This document shows positions 48,783 through 56,575 of a DNA stretch of 64,000 nucleotides, piece after piece. The number at the start of each line of letters is the position of its first letter. Position 1 is the first letter of the stretch. The DNA lies in the NCBI GenBank assembly GCA_003249935.1, contig QKHT01000075.1, positions 2,602-66,601 on the forward strand, in the 5' to 3' direction. Made by a program: the position numbers and the translations under genes. Origin of the DNA: Bacteroidota bacterium. Its GTDB lineage: Bacteria > Bacteroidota > Bacteroidia > Bacteroidales > UBA5342. Below the pieces are notes generated by a model. It saw nothing but the letters and a program-made list of their open reading frames with translations, searched no databases and was not told the DNA's origin.

Positions 48783-49121
48783 TTAATCTTCGTTTAAATA
48801 CGTTTCAACTTCACTTTTTAGTTTGGGTAGATGATTGGAAATGATCCCCCAAATAATTACTTCATCGACTTTATCATATCCATGAATCACCCAGTTTCTT
48901 GTGTCTACAATTTTCCGGGCATGGGTTAGCACAAAATCGGGGTCTATCTTTAAAATCCGATTGACTGCTTCGCCAATAATTTCTATTTCGCGTTCAATTG
49001 CTCTACGCAGCAGTTTATTATTTTGATATTCCATGAAATTTCGCTCGCTACCCAAATAGTCGAATACCGATTCGATAGAGATATGTATATCGTATAGATA
49101 TTTATTGATTTCACGCCTCAT
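48783..49121 (-). CDS. hepT: HepT-like HEPN (DUF86) toxin
   Basis: Rx4H motif in VDTRNWVIHGYD. About 112 aa from the ATG at 49121. It overlaps the upstream MNT gene by 11 nt. Confidence 0.8.
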   Translation of the reverse strand: MRREINKYLYDIHISIESVFDYLGSERNFMEYQNNKLLRRAIEREIEIIGEAVNRILKIDPDFVLTHARKIVDTRNWVIHGYDKVDEVIIWGIISNHLPKLKSEVETYLNED

Positions 49122-49419
49122 ACAACAACACTTTAGATTCATTAATGCTTTGAATGAAATATGGATTAGATAGTGATTTTTCGGTAATAATATCTATATC
49201 GCGATTAAATAGCTCTCTTAATTGGTAATGCAATAAAAAGTAATTGTTTGTATAATCGGCTGTATTAAGGTTGTCTGAAAAAGAAATAAGAAAATCGAGA
49301 TCACTATTGTCGTTGAATTTTTCGGACACAACCGAACCAAAAGCATAAAGTCGTTTTATGCTGAGCGCTTTACACAATTGTTGCAAAACTTCGCGTTGCT
49401 CTTCTATAATGGGTTGCAT
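49111..49419 (-). CDS. mnt: MNT-like minimal nucleotidyltransferase antitoxin
   Basis: LYAFGSVVSEKFNDNSDLDFLISF, i.e. the G-S-x(n)-D-x-D Pol-beta NTase motif. The start is set at the ATG at 49419. Confidence 0.8.
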   Translation of the reverse strand: MQPIIEEQREVLQQLCKALSIKRLYAFGSVVSEKFNDNSDLDFLISFSDNLNTADYTNNYFLLHYQLRELFNRDIDIITEKSLSNPYFIQSINESKVLLYEA

Positions 49420-49502
49420 GCTATTTTTTTTCAAATTTAATGAATTCTTAGTTGATTGCAATTGGTTGATACATTAATTCCATCGGTACAGAGCGATGGG
49501 CT

Positions 49503-50741
49503 TTATTGCAAATCTAAATTCAATATTTCTTTAGTTAAATTCATGTATTTCAAAAGCCTATCTTTAAAATGACCAACTGGTTTTGGGTTTTGACGTATTC
49601 CGGCATGATTTAAATCATTTCGGCCTCCTTGTGACAATGAAATAAAAACATTTTCAGTTAGATTCTTTTTATATGGCAGATCAAATACTAACCGGGCAAT
49701 TTCAGTTTCTGGATTAATTTCACTCGGTTCTTTAATTTTACGATGCCTGACTTCAAATTTTTCAAATTTATTAATTGAAAGGCAGCCGGTTACAATATCT
49801 CTGTTGAGGGTTTGTACCCAATCTTGAACTCCTATCTCTATTAGTATGTACGATACAATGAATTCTTGCAGTAATGTTATCCCTTGTTGAATTAAATTAT
49901 GTTCTATACAAAATTCAACAGCCCGAAACCCATTTAGAACATCATTAGACTGAAATTTTGTTACTTTCTTTTGAATTTTATCGATAAGTGGATCGAATGC
50001 CGGATTTTCCAGATTGACATTTTCTAAAAATGATACCACTTCTTTTGCACTATTTCCTGAGAAAAGATTTATTCCACGGCATTCATTAATTTCATTCACA
50101 AATCTATTAAGACTATCGCTATTATTGTCTTCAAGTAATAGAGTTATTTCATCTGTGTTCCCTGATTTTAGAAACATCTTTGCTGCAAAAGTCCAATCTT
50201 GCAATATTGACAACGAAGTTAAGTTGACAATAGGTGCAATATTATCTGAATTTTTGGCTTCATAATTACCATATGTAATAGATTTAATTTCAATTTTCTT
50301 TAGAAGTTTAGAATAATTATTGAGAACCAAAACCAACATTGGTAAATACCTAAAACCATGAGTTATATCAAAATATAATTCATCATCTTGTTGAAAAAGG
50401 CTGAATATATTTCTGAATATCTCCCATATTTCATGTTCCGTATTACCGTTTTTAATTGCAACAGGAACGATATCAAATGGTATATTCATACTCAATATTT
50501 TCGTTTGAAGCCCCTCATTAATACCATGGCCATTATCCATCCAGTTTTTCGAGTAGGAACCATTCACGCCTTCCGTCACGAAAATGTATGCAATATCATT
50601 TGGCGTAAATATTGATTTATATTTTTCAAGCATTGCAACTTGAATATAATTTGTAGAAGTGGCGGTAAATGATTCATCGGAATAAATACAATCTCTGTAA
50701 TTTGTTGAGCCTAAAACCGACATAAATACTTTTCTTGCCAT
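49503..50741 (-). CDS. csx1: Csx1-family CARF-HEPN effector (DxTHG motif protein)
   Basis: From the ATG at 50741: MARKVFMSVLGST (CARF strand 1), DITHGFRYLP (DxTHG motif) and C-terminal GGRNDLNHAG (Rx4H HEPN RNase motif). Confidence 0.75.
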   Translation of the reverse strand: MARKVFMSVLGSTNYRDCIYSDESFTATSTNYIQVAMLEKYKSIFTPNDIAYIFVTEGVNGSYSKNWMDNGHGINEGLQTKILSMNIPFDIVPVAIKNGNTEHEIWEIFRNIFSLFQQDDELYFDITHGFRYLPMLVLVLNNYSKLLKKIEIKSITYGNYEAKNSDNIAPIVNLTSLSILQDWTFAAKMFLKSGNTDEITLLLEDNNSDSLNRFVNEINECRGINLFSGNSAKEVVSFLENVNLENPAFDPLIDKIQKKVTKFQSNDVLNGFRAVEFCIEHNLIQQGITLLQEFIVSYILIEIGVQDWVQTLNRDIVTGCLSINKFEKFEVRHRKIKEPSEINPETEIARLVFDLPYKKNLTENVFISLSQGGRNDLNHAGIRQNPKPVGHFKDRLLKYMNLTKEILNLDLQ

Positions 50742-50863
50742 AACCTGTTTATTTAAGGGTGCATATTTTTTTTTCGAAGCCAAAGTACAAAAAAAATGTT
50801 TTGTGGCGGTGGGGGTAATGGTTAAAATAGTGGGATTGAGATGCAAAATTGTGTTTTTTGAAC

Positions 50864-52387
50864 ATGGTACTTGGTGGCATACGAATTATGGTTATTTTTG
50901 AGGCCGTTAAATGCTCAATTCAAGACGTACTATGGCCGAAAAAAAATCCTTCGAAATTGGTGCTATCGCCTTCGCAGAAACGCATCTTCGATTTGTTTCA
51001 AATCTTTATAAAATCGCCACAACAACAGGTTTTTATTTTAAATGGATTTGCCGGGACGGGAAAAACCACATTGGTGTATGAGTTTGTGAATTATTTAGAG
51101 CGCGAATCCATCAATTTCTTTTTGTTGGCATCAACCGGACGTGCCGCTAAAGTCATTTCGTCGAAAACCGGATATATTGCCAAAACGGTTCATAGCAGAA
51201 TATATCGGTTCACCGAACTGAATCAGTCGCTCGAAGATCTGTCCAACGAATACCAAAAAGCACAAACCGAATATACAAAGCGAAATCATGGACAGTTGAG
51301 TCTGATGTTCGAATTGATGTCGGTAGATCAACAGAGCGAGGATCGAAATGTATATATTGTAGATGAAGCTTCGATGGTGGCCGATGTAACGGATGCGCAT
51401 TCGTCGTTTGCAGAGTTTGGTAACGGTAACTTGGTGGCCGATTTGTTTAAGCACGATTACAAAGCCAAGTTTGTTTTTGTAGGCGATCCTTGTCAGTTGC
51501 CGCCTGTAAATCAGGTTATTTCTCCGGCGTTGTCTAAGAGTCATCTCGAAACAAAATACCGAAAAAGCGTTATCATGGGCAGTTTAACCGAAATTCACCG
51601 TCAGAAAGAGACCAATGGTATTATTCTGGCGGCATCGGGGCTTCGAAAATTGTATGGTAATCCCTCTACTGCCAAATGGCCACCCATACCGCTCAAAGGG
51701 TTCAAAAATATAATACTCGAAACCAATCATTTTACCCTGATCAATGAATACATCCATTATATTAAAACCTATGGATACAATAAAAGTACCTTAATAGCCC
51801 AAAGCAACAGGGTTTGTTCCGAAATAAACGGAAATATTCGCAGCGTCCTTTTTAATAATCCATCGGGGGTGGTTATTGTCGATTTGCTGATGGTGGTACA
51901 AAATAACTACATTGTGCCGCTGGTGAATGGCGATTTGGTAAAGGTTGTGGCTATTGGTACATCCGAATATCGCGCCAGCATCCGGTTTATAAATGTCACC
52001 GTAGAGTCCCTGGATTCCGGGGTTCAGCACGAAACACTACTGATTGAGAGTATGCTGGCCGATTTAACACTGAATTTAAACGATGAACAACATAAACAAC
52101 TATTCATCGATTTTTACCGACGTATGAAAGCCATAGGTATCGAACAAAAAACTGACGCTTTCAAAAAAAGGATATTATCGGATGCTTACCTCAATGCTTT
52201 GCGTTGCAGTTACGGGTACGCTTTAACTTGCCACAAAACGCAGGGTGGGGAGTGGGATGAGGTTTTTCTCTATCTCGACAATAAAATTTATGGCATCAAG
52301 CAACCCGGATTCTATCAATGGCTTTATACTGCCGTTACACGGGCTAAAGAAAATTTGCATGTCGTAAACGATTGGTTTATTAAGTAG
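50864..52387 (+). CDS. RecD/TraA-like SF1 helicase (AAA_30 plus UvrD_C_2 layout)
   Basis: Walker A GFAGTGKTT, Walker B IVDEASMV, GDPCQLPPV, EIHRQ, and CHKTQGGEWDEVF. The start is ambiguous (ATG at 50864 or 50888; the ORF-track TTG is at 50849). Confidence 0.8.
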   Translation: MVLGGIRIMVIFEAVKCSIQDVLWPKKNPSKLVLSPSQKRIFDLFQIFIKSPQQQVFILNGFAGTGKTTLVYEFVNYLERESINFFLLASTGRAAKVISSKTGYIAKTVHSRIYRFTELNQSLEDLSNEYQKAQTEYTKRNHGQLSLMFELMSVDQQSEDRNVYIVDEASMVADVTDAHSSFAEFGNGNLVADLFKHDYKAKFVFVGDPCQLPPVNQVISPALSKSHLETKYRKSVIMGSLTEIHRQKETNGIILAASGLRKLYGNPSTAKWPPIPLKGFKNIILETNHFTLINEYIHYIKTYGYNKSTLIAQSNRVCSEINGNIRSVLFNNPSGVVIVDLLMVVQNNYIVPLVNGDLVKVVAIGTSEYRASIRFINVTVESLDSGVQHETLLIESMLADLTLNLNDEQHKQLFIDFYRRMKAIGIEQKTDAFKKRILSDAYLNALRCSYGYALTCHKTQGGEWDEVFLYLDNKIYGIKQPGFYQWLYTAVTRAKENLHVVNDWFIK

Positions 52388-52404
52388 GTTTGAACCCAAA
52401 AAAA

Positions 52405-52496
52405 CAAAATCGGGGTCGAAATATAAACTTTCGTTCATTTTATATACGCTCGCGTTCATTTCGACCCCGATCACGGTTGTTTTGACCCCGATTTTG
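52405..52496. repeat. Nested/alternative inverted repeats sharing the GACCCCGAT core
   Basis: Segment 52409-52422 is a perfect 14-bp complement of 52458-52471. Segment 52405-52417 is a perfect 13-bp complement of 52484-52496. The element starts 18 nt after the helicase stop. Confidence 0.8.
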
Positions 52497-52648
52497 GATG
52501 AGAATAATAAACTGATTTTGGATTTTTTGGTTTGAAGGTGTTTATTTCAACTGAAAAGTATATCAGTAGTACAAATTCATCGAAAGCAAAAGGTTCAGAA
52601 AAAAATAGTTATACTTTTTTAACCTTTATAAAAATGATACTATAATAA

Positions 52649-53008
52649 ATGGTTGATTCTGCGATTAATGAGGCTGTTGGAAATTTAATGTCGATACAGC
52701 CGTTTTTGTTTAAAAACATTGTTAAACCCATTCGTGCCAAAATGCCGCTACCTCCGGGTGCAATTCACGTATTAGCGTTATTAAAACATGGCGACCCAAT
52801 ATCCATGTCGGAAATAGGCAAAAAATTAGGCGTACCGAAACCGCATGTCACGGGATTGATCGACAAGTTAATTGCGGCAAAATATGTGGAGCGACTAAAC
52901 GATAAAAACGACCGAAGAGTTGTAAACATCCGAATAACGGCCTTTGGTGCCGAATGTCTGAACAATATAAAGAACGACATCTCAGAAAGTTTAAAGTTCA
53001 AATTATAG
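52649..53008 (+). CDS. MarR-family regulator ended by an in-frame TAG; the frame stays open for 30 more MarR-like codons to 53101
   Basis: The wHTH region is ISMSEIGKKLGVPKPHVTGLIDKLIAAKYVERLNDKNDRRVVNIRIT. After the TAG (53006-53008) the same frame reads AFDAKKIEALRAATQLLKETLIEISESDGI*. Confidence 0.75.
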   Translation: MVDSAINEAVGNLMSIQPFLFKNIVKPIRAKMPLPPGAIHVLALLKHGDPISMSEIGKKLGVPKPHVTGLIDKLIAAKYVERLNDKNDRRVVNIRITAFGAECLNNIKNDISESLKFKL

Positions 53009-53121
53009 GCATTCGATGCAAAAAAGATTGAAGCGTTACGAGCAGCGACACAATTATTAAAAGAGACACTTATAGAAATAAGTGAATCGGACGGCATTTA
53101 AACAGGAAAAATAGGTTACAA

Positions 53122-54165
53122 ATGAATAAGGAAAAACAAGTTAAGGTTTACCTGCCACTTGCGCTGGTAGTGTTATTGGTAAGTGTGGCCGGCGTAATGT
53201 GGTATCGCGACTATTCGCGATACATCACCACCGATGATGCACACATTGAATCCGATTATGTATCGGTAAGTCCCAGGTTATTAGGACGCATAAGTCATTT
53301 ATATTTTGAAGAGGGCGACACTGTAAAAAGTGGCACTTTATTGGCCGAATTGGACACCACCGAATTAGTGGCGCAACGACAACAAGCCGAGGCAATGAAA
53401 TCGCAAGCCGATGCAGGCATAAAGTTAGCAGATGCCAAGTATCAGTACGACAAGAAAAATGTCGAAGTGCTTTCCTATGGTCTCAAACATGCGAAGGACG
53501 ATTTTTCGAGAGCAAAAAATCAGTTCGCTGGTCAGGTCATTTCGCAAGAGCAATACGACCATGCCAAAAATACCCTTGAAACAGCGAAAGCCCAATTTGA
53601 TGCTTCAAACACGCAATTGAAAGTATCTTTAGCCCAAATTGGTTCAGCCCAAAAAACGATTGAAAGCAGTGAGGCACAAATTAATGTGATAAATACACAG
53701 ATTAATAACACAAAATTAGTGGCACCATTTGAAGGCCAAATATCTAAAAAGTGGCTTCAAGCAGGCGATGTGGTTCAACCGGCACAGGCCATTTACACTA
53801 TAAATAACAACAAATTTCGGGTTATTGTATATCTCGAAGAGACTAAAATCAGCAATCTGAAAATTGGACAAAATGCAGAATTTACCATTGATGCCTTTGC
53901 CAACAAAAAGTTTACAGGTAAAATTTACGCTATTGGCTCGGTTACAGCAAGCCAGTTTTCACTCATTCCACCGAATAATGCCTCAGGAAATTTTACAAAA
54001 ATAACACAAAGAGTGCCTATAAAAATTTCGATTGAACCATTGGAAGCCAATGCGGCATGCAAATTACTTTCGGGAATGTCGTGCATTTTACAACTGAAGT
54101 CGAAAATAGATTACAGTCTTAATTTATTACGGCTTACATTGGCCGAGGGAAACCAGATTTATTAA
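53122..54165 (+). CDS. HlyD/EmrA-type membrane fusion (periplasmic adaptor) protein
   Basis: N-terminal TM helix, a TDDAHIESDYV start to the lipoyl-like domain, a long coiled-coil (QAEA..QYD..) and a beta-barrel C-terminus. Confidence 0.85.
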   Translation: MNKEKQVKVYLPLALVVLLVSVAGVMWYRDYSRYITTDDAHIESDYVSVSPRLLGRISHLYFEEGDTVKSGTLLAELDTTELVAQRQQAEAMKSQADAGIKLADAKYQYDKKNVEVLSYGLKHAKDDFSRAKNQFAGQVISQEQYDHAKNTLETAKAQFDASNTQLKVSLAQIGSAQKTIESSEAQINVINTQINNTKLVAPFEGQISKKWLQAGDVVQPAQAIYTINNNKFRVIVYLEETKISNLKIGQNAEFTIDAFANKKFTGKIYAIGSVTASQFSLIPPNNASGNFTKITQRVPIKISIEPLEANAACKLLSGMSCILQLKSKIDYSLNLLRLTLAEGNQIY

Positions 54166-54170
54166 AACAC

Positions 54171-54203
54171 AAAAAAAGGATGGCCATTACAACCATCCTT
54201 TTT
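54171..54203. terminator. Bidirectional rho-independent terminator
   Basis: AAAAAAAGGATGG pairs with CCATCCTTTTT between convergent genes. Confidence 0.8.
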
Positions 54204-54227
54204 ATAATAAATATCCTTATTCAGGCA

Positions 54228-54899
54228 TTACTTCTTTAGTTTTTGAACAATATCGAACGCATCTTTCACCTTTTTGGTTATGATGCTGTATTCGCCCGAT
54301 TCGATGACCTCTTTTGGAAAAAGTTTCGAACCCAAACCCACACACGAAACACCCGCATCGAACCATGCCTTAAGGTTGTCGTAATCGGGAGAAACCCCAC
54401 CCGACGGCATAATTTTGGTCCAAGGACATGGGGCTTTAATGGCACTTACAAACGATGGACCACCCACTTCGGCACCCGGGAAAATTTTCACGATTTCCAC
54501 ACCCAATTCTTCGGCAAGGTTAATTTCGGAGAGTGTGCCACAACCCGGCATCCAAGCAATTTTACGACGGTTGCACACTTTTGCCATTTCGGGGTTCAAT
54601 GAGGGCGAAACAATAAAGTTAGCACCCAACTGAATATAGAGCGATGCAGTACCATTGTCGACAACCGACCCCACACCCATAATCATTTCGGGACACGCTT
54701 TGGCCACCCATTTATTCACTTCGGCAAATACCTCGTGGGCATATTCGCCACGGTTGGTGAACTCAAAAAGACGTGCACCACCATCGTAACACGCTTTTAC
54801 CACATTTTTTACGATGTTTGCATCCTTGTGGTAAAACAACGGCACAATACCAGTTTCAATTGCGGTATTGAGCACTTTTAATCTTTCAAATCTAGCCAT
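54228..54899 (-). CDS. eda: KDPG / 4-hydroxy-2-oxoglutarate aldolase
   Basis: 223-aa class I aldolase TIM barrel with typical motifs (FEFTNRG, VGSV, KIFPG, GGV). Confidence 0.9.
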   Translation of the reverse strand: MARFERLKVLNTAIETGIVPLFYHKDANIVKNVVKACYDGGARLFEFTNRGEYAHEVFAEVNKWVAKACPEMIMGVGSVVDNGTASLYIQLGANFIVSPSLNPEMAKVCNRRKIAWMPGCGTLSEINLAEELGVEIVKIFPGAEVGGPSFVSAIKAPCPWTKIMPSGGVSPDYDNLKAWFDAGVSCVGLGSKLFPKEVIESGEYSIITKKVKDAFDIVQKLKK

Positions 54900-55099
54900 T
54901 TCTATATGTATTACAGAGCATCACGACGCTAAGCATCGCTACTCACTAATTATTCTCTTTTATTTTCGTCCGAAATAACAAGCCGGGAACCGAGCCGAAT
55001 GAGCTTCGATTCGCCCAAAAGCGGCTCAAATTGTTCGAACTCCGAAATCGAATGCTGCAAAATCATTTCGACAAAAGTTTTAACCTCCACCGCTTCACG

Positions 55100-56188
55100 T
55101 CATTCTTGGCGAAACGATGTGATATAATACTCCAAATTCTCTTTAATTACGATGTCGATTGGGCTGTAATTCACCTTTTCGGGTATAATACCGGCAGATA
55201 AATAATGAAACAAACAAAGTATGGCATCGTAAGTCTGTGCCGATGTTTTTTGGCTGATGATAAAATCAATCACATTTCGGTTCAGATATTCGATATTATC
55301 GTCCAACAAATCGTATCCAATCAGTTTAATATCGGTCCGCTGCAGATTTTCGAGCACACGGGCAATTTTAAACCCTCGCGAACTGGGTACAAAAATACCA
55401 CCTGTCTTGGGGTAATCAGCCAAAAGCCTGGTTAGTTCATCAGCCGGTTCAGCCATATTAAGTAAATCTACCTCAGACTCAATCATTTTGGTTGAACCGG
55501 TGGAAATAGATTGTATGAACGCGATGAAACCCTGTACACGTTTTTTTATATGATGCGAAACAACCTTCCGATTAGCAAGCTTAAGCACCAGAATTACAGA
55601 ATCTTGAGCAATACATTGATACAATAGTTTGGCTGCCACTTCGCCACTTTTTACTGCATTTTGCCCAAAAAATGCCAATGGATTGCTACTCTCCAAATTT
55701 ATATCGAAAAAAACATACGGAATACCAAGTTGATCCAAATTGGCACAAAAAAGTTCGCACGACTGTTTAAATACAGGGTTAAGTGCAACACCATCAATCG
55801 ATTCAAGTACAATATTCTGAACCACAAAATCAAATTGCCGTTCATCAGTTGCATCAAAATCAAATGGGATAATCTGTACATTAAAATCGGCCAAAGCTTG
55901 TTCGGCCATTGGCATGCCCTGACGTAAAATGTGCCAATAGTGATTGCTTTCATCTTTTGCTGGAAGAAGAACGGCAATTCGGTACACTTTTTTTGAAGCA
56001 AGCGATTTGGCCAATAAATTGGGTTTATATCCCAATTCGTCAATCATTTGCAACACCTTTTTACGTGTATTTTCATTAATTTCGCCACGGTTGTGCAAAA
56101 CCCGGTCTATGGTTCCTACCGATACACCAGCCTTTAAAGCAATATCTTTAATCCTGACTTTATTTGAACCTTTTGGTTTCATAACCAT
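55100..56188 (-). CDS. LacI-family transcriptional regulator
   Basis: N-terminal HTH (RIKDIALKAGVSVGTIDRVLHNRG) and a periplasmic-binding-protein-like effector domain. Confidence 0.9.
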   Translation of the reverse strand: MVMKPKGSNKVRIKDIALKAGVSVGTIDRVLHNRGEINENTRKKVLQMIDELGYKPNLLAKSLASKKVYRIAVLLPAKDESNHYWHILRQGMPMAEQALADFNVQIIPFDFDATDERQFDFVVQNIVLESIDGVALNPVFKQSCELFCANLDQLGIPYVFFDINLESSNPLAFFGQNAVKSGEVAAKLLYQCIAQDSVILVLKLANRKVVSHHIKKRVQGFIAFIQSISTGSTKMIESEVDLLNMAEPADELTRLLADYPKTGGIFVPSSRGFKIARVLENLQRTDIKLIGYDLLDDNIEYLNRNVIDFIISQKTSAQTYDAILCLFHYLSAGIIPEKVNYSPIDIVIKENLEYYITSFRQE

Positions 56189-56234
56189 TTTCGATATCGT
56201 TTACGCACCCTGCAAAGATATAACTAATTTTTTA

Positions 56235-56258
56235 TTTACCGTGGACGCACACGGTAAA
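56235..56258. promoter_or_regulatory. Perfect palindrome TTTACCGTG-N6-CACGGTAAA; candidate operator
   Basis: Read directly from the sequence. It lies 47 nt upstream of the LacI-family start, in the 387-bp lacI/feoAB intergenic region. No T-run follows on either strand, so it is not terminator-like. Confidence 0.4.
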
Positions 56259-56575
56259 AATATATTATCGGTGATAAACGAAGGAAACTTAATACGCAAA
56301 AGGAATCATTAAGTGTTAGTGTGATTCAGTCGATACATTTCATTCTTTGAGGAATTATTACTAAAACCGACTCTTTTTCCCAATAAATAGGGATTGCAGA
56401 GACCAAATGATATAGGTAAATTTGCGACATTATATTCAAAATGGACATAAAAGCCAGATTACATTATTTTGCCACATATTTTTATTTCCAAATGGTAGCA
56501 ATAGGTGGCTATATTCGAAAACGGCTCATAGAATACTAACGGGCCATTAGGTTTGAACCAAAAGCGGTAAAGTGC

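Noticed and set aside
48932-48944. The 13-mer CAAAATCGGGGTC is shared between hepT and the inverted-repeat element at 52405-52417
   Set aside because: Chance 13-mer matches are expected many times in 64 kb. The match does not extend on either side.
50742-50846. N-terminal 35-residue extension of csx1 in the ORF track (similar TTG or GTG extensions occur at 7321, 19308, 23078, 33661, 38702 and 49461)
   Set aside because: The internal ATG starts give canonical family N-termini (MARKVFMSVLG, MCGISG, and so on) and sensible spacing to neighbouring genes.
54950-55099. Open frame of 49 codons continuing in-frame after the LacI-family TGA stop (REAVEVKTFVEMILQH...)
   Set aside because: The LacI-family protein is already full length at 362 aa. 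The extension has no recognisable similarity, so it is most likely chance or a degraded remnant. I could not support a gene call.
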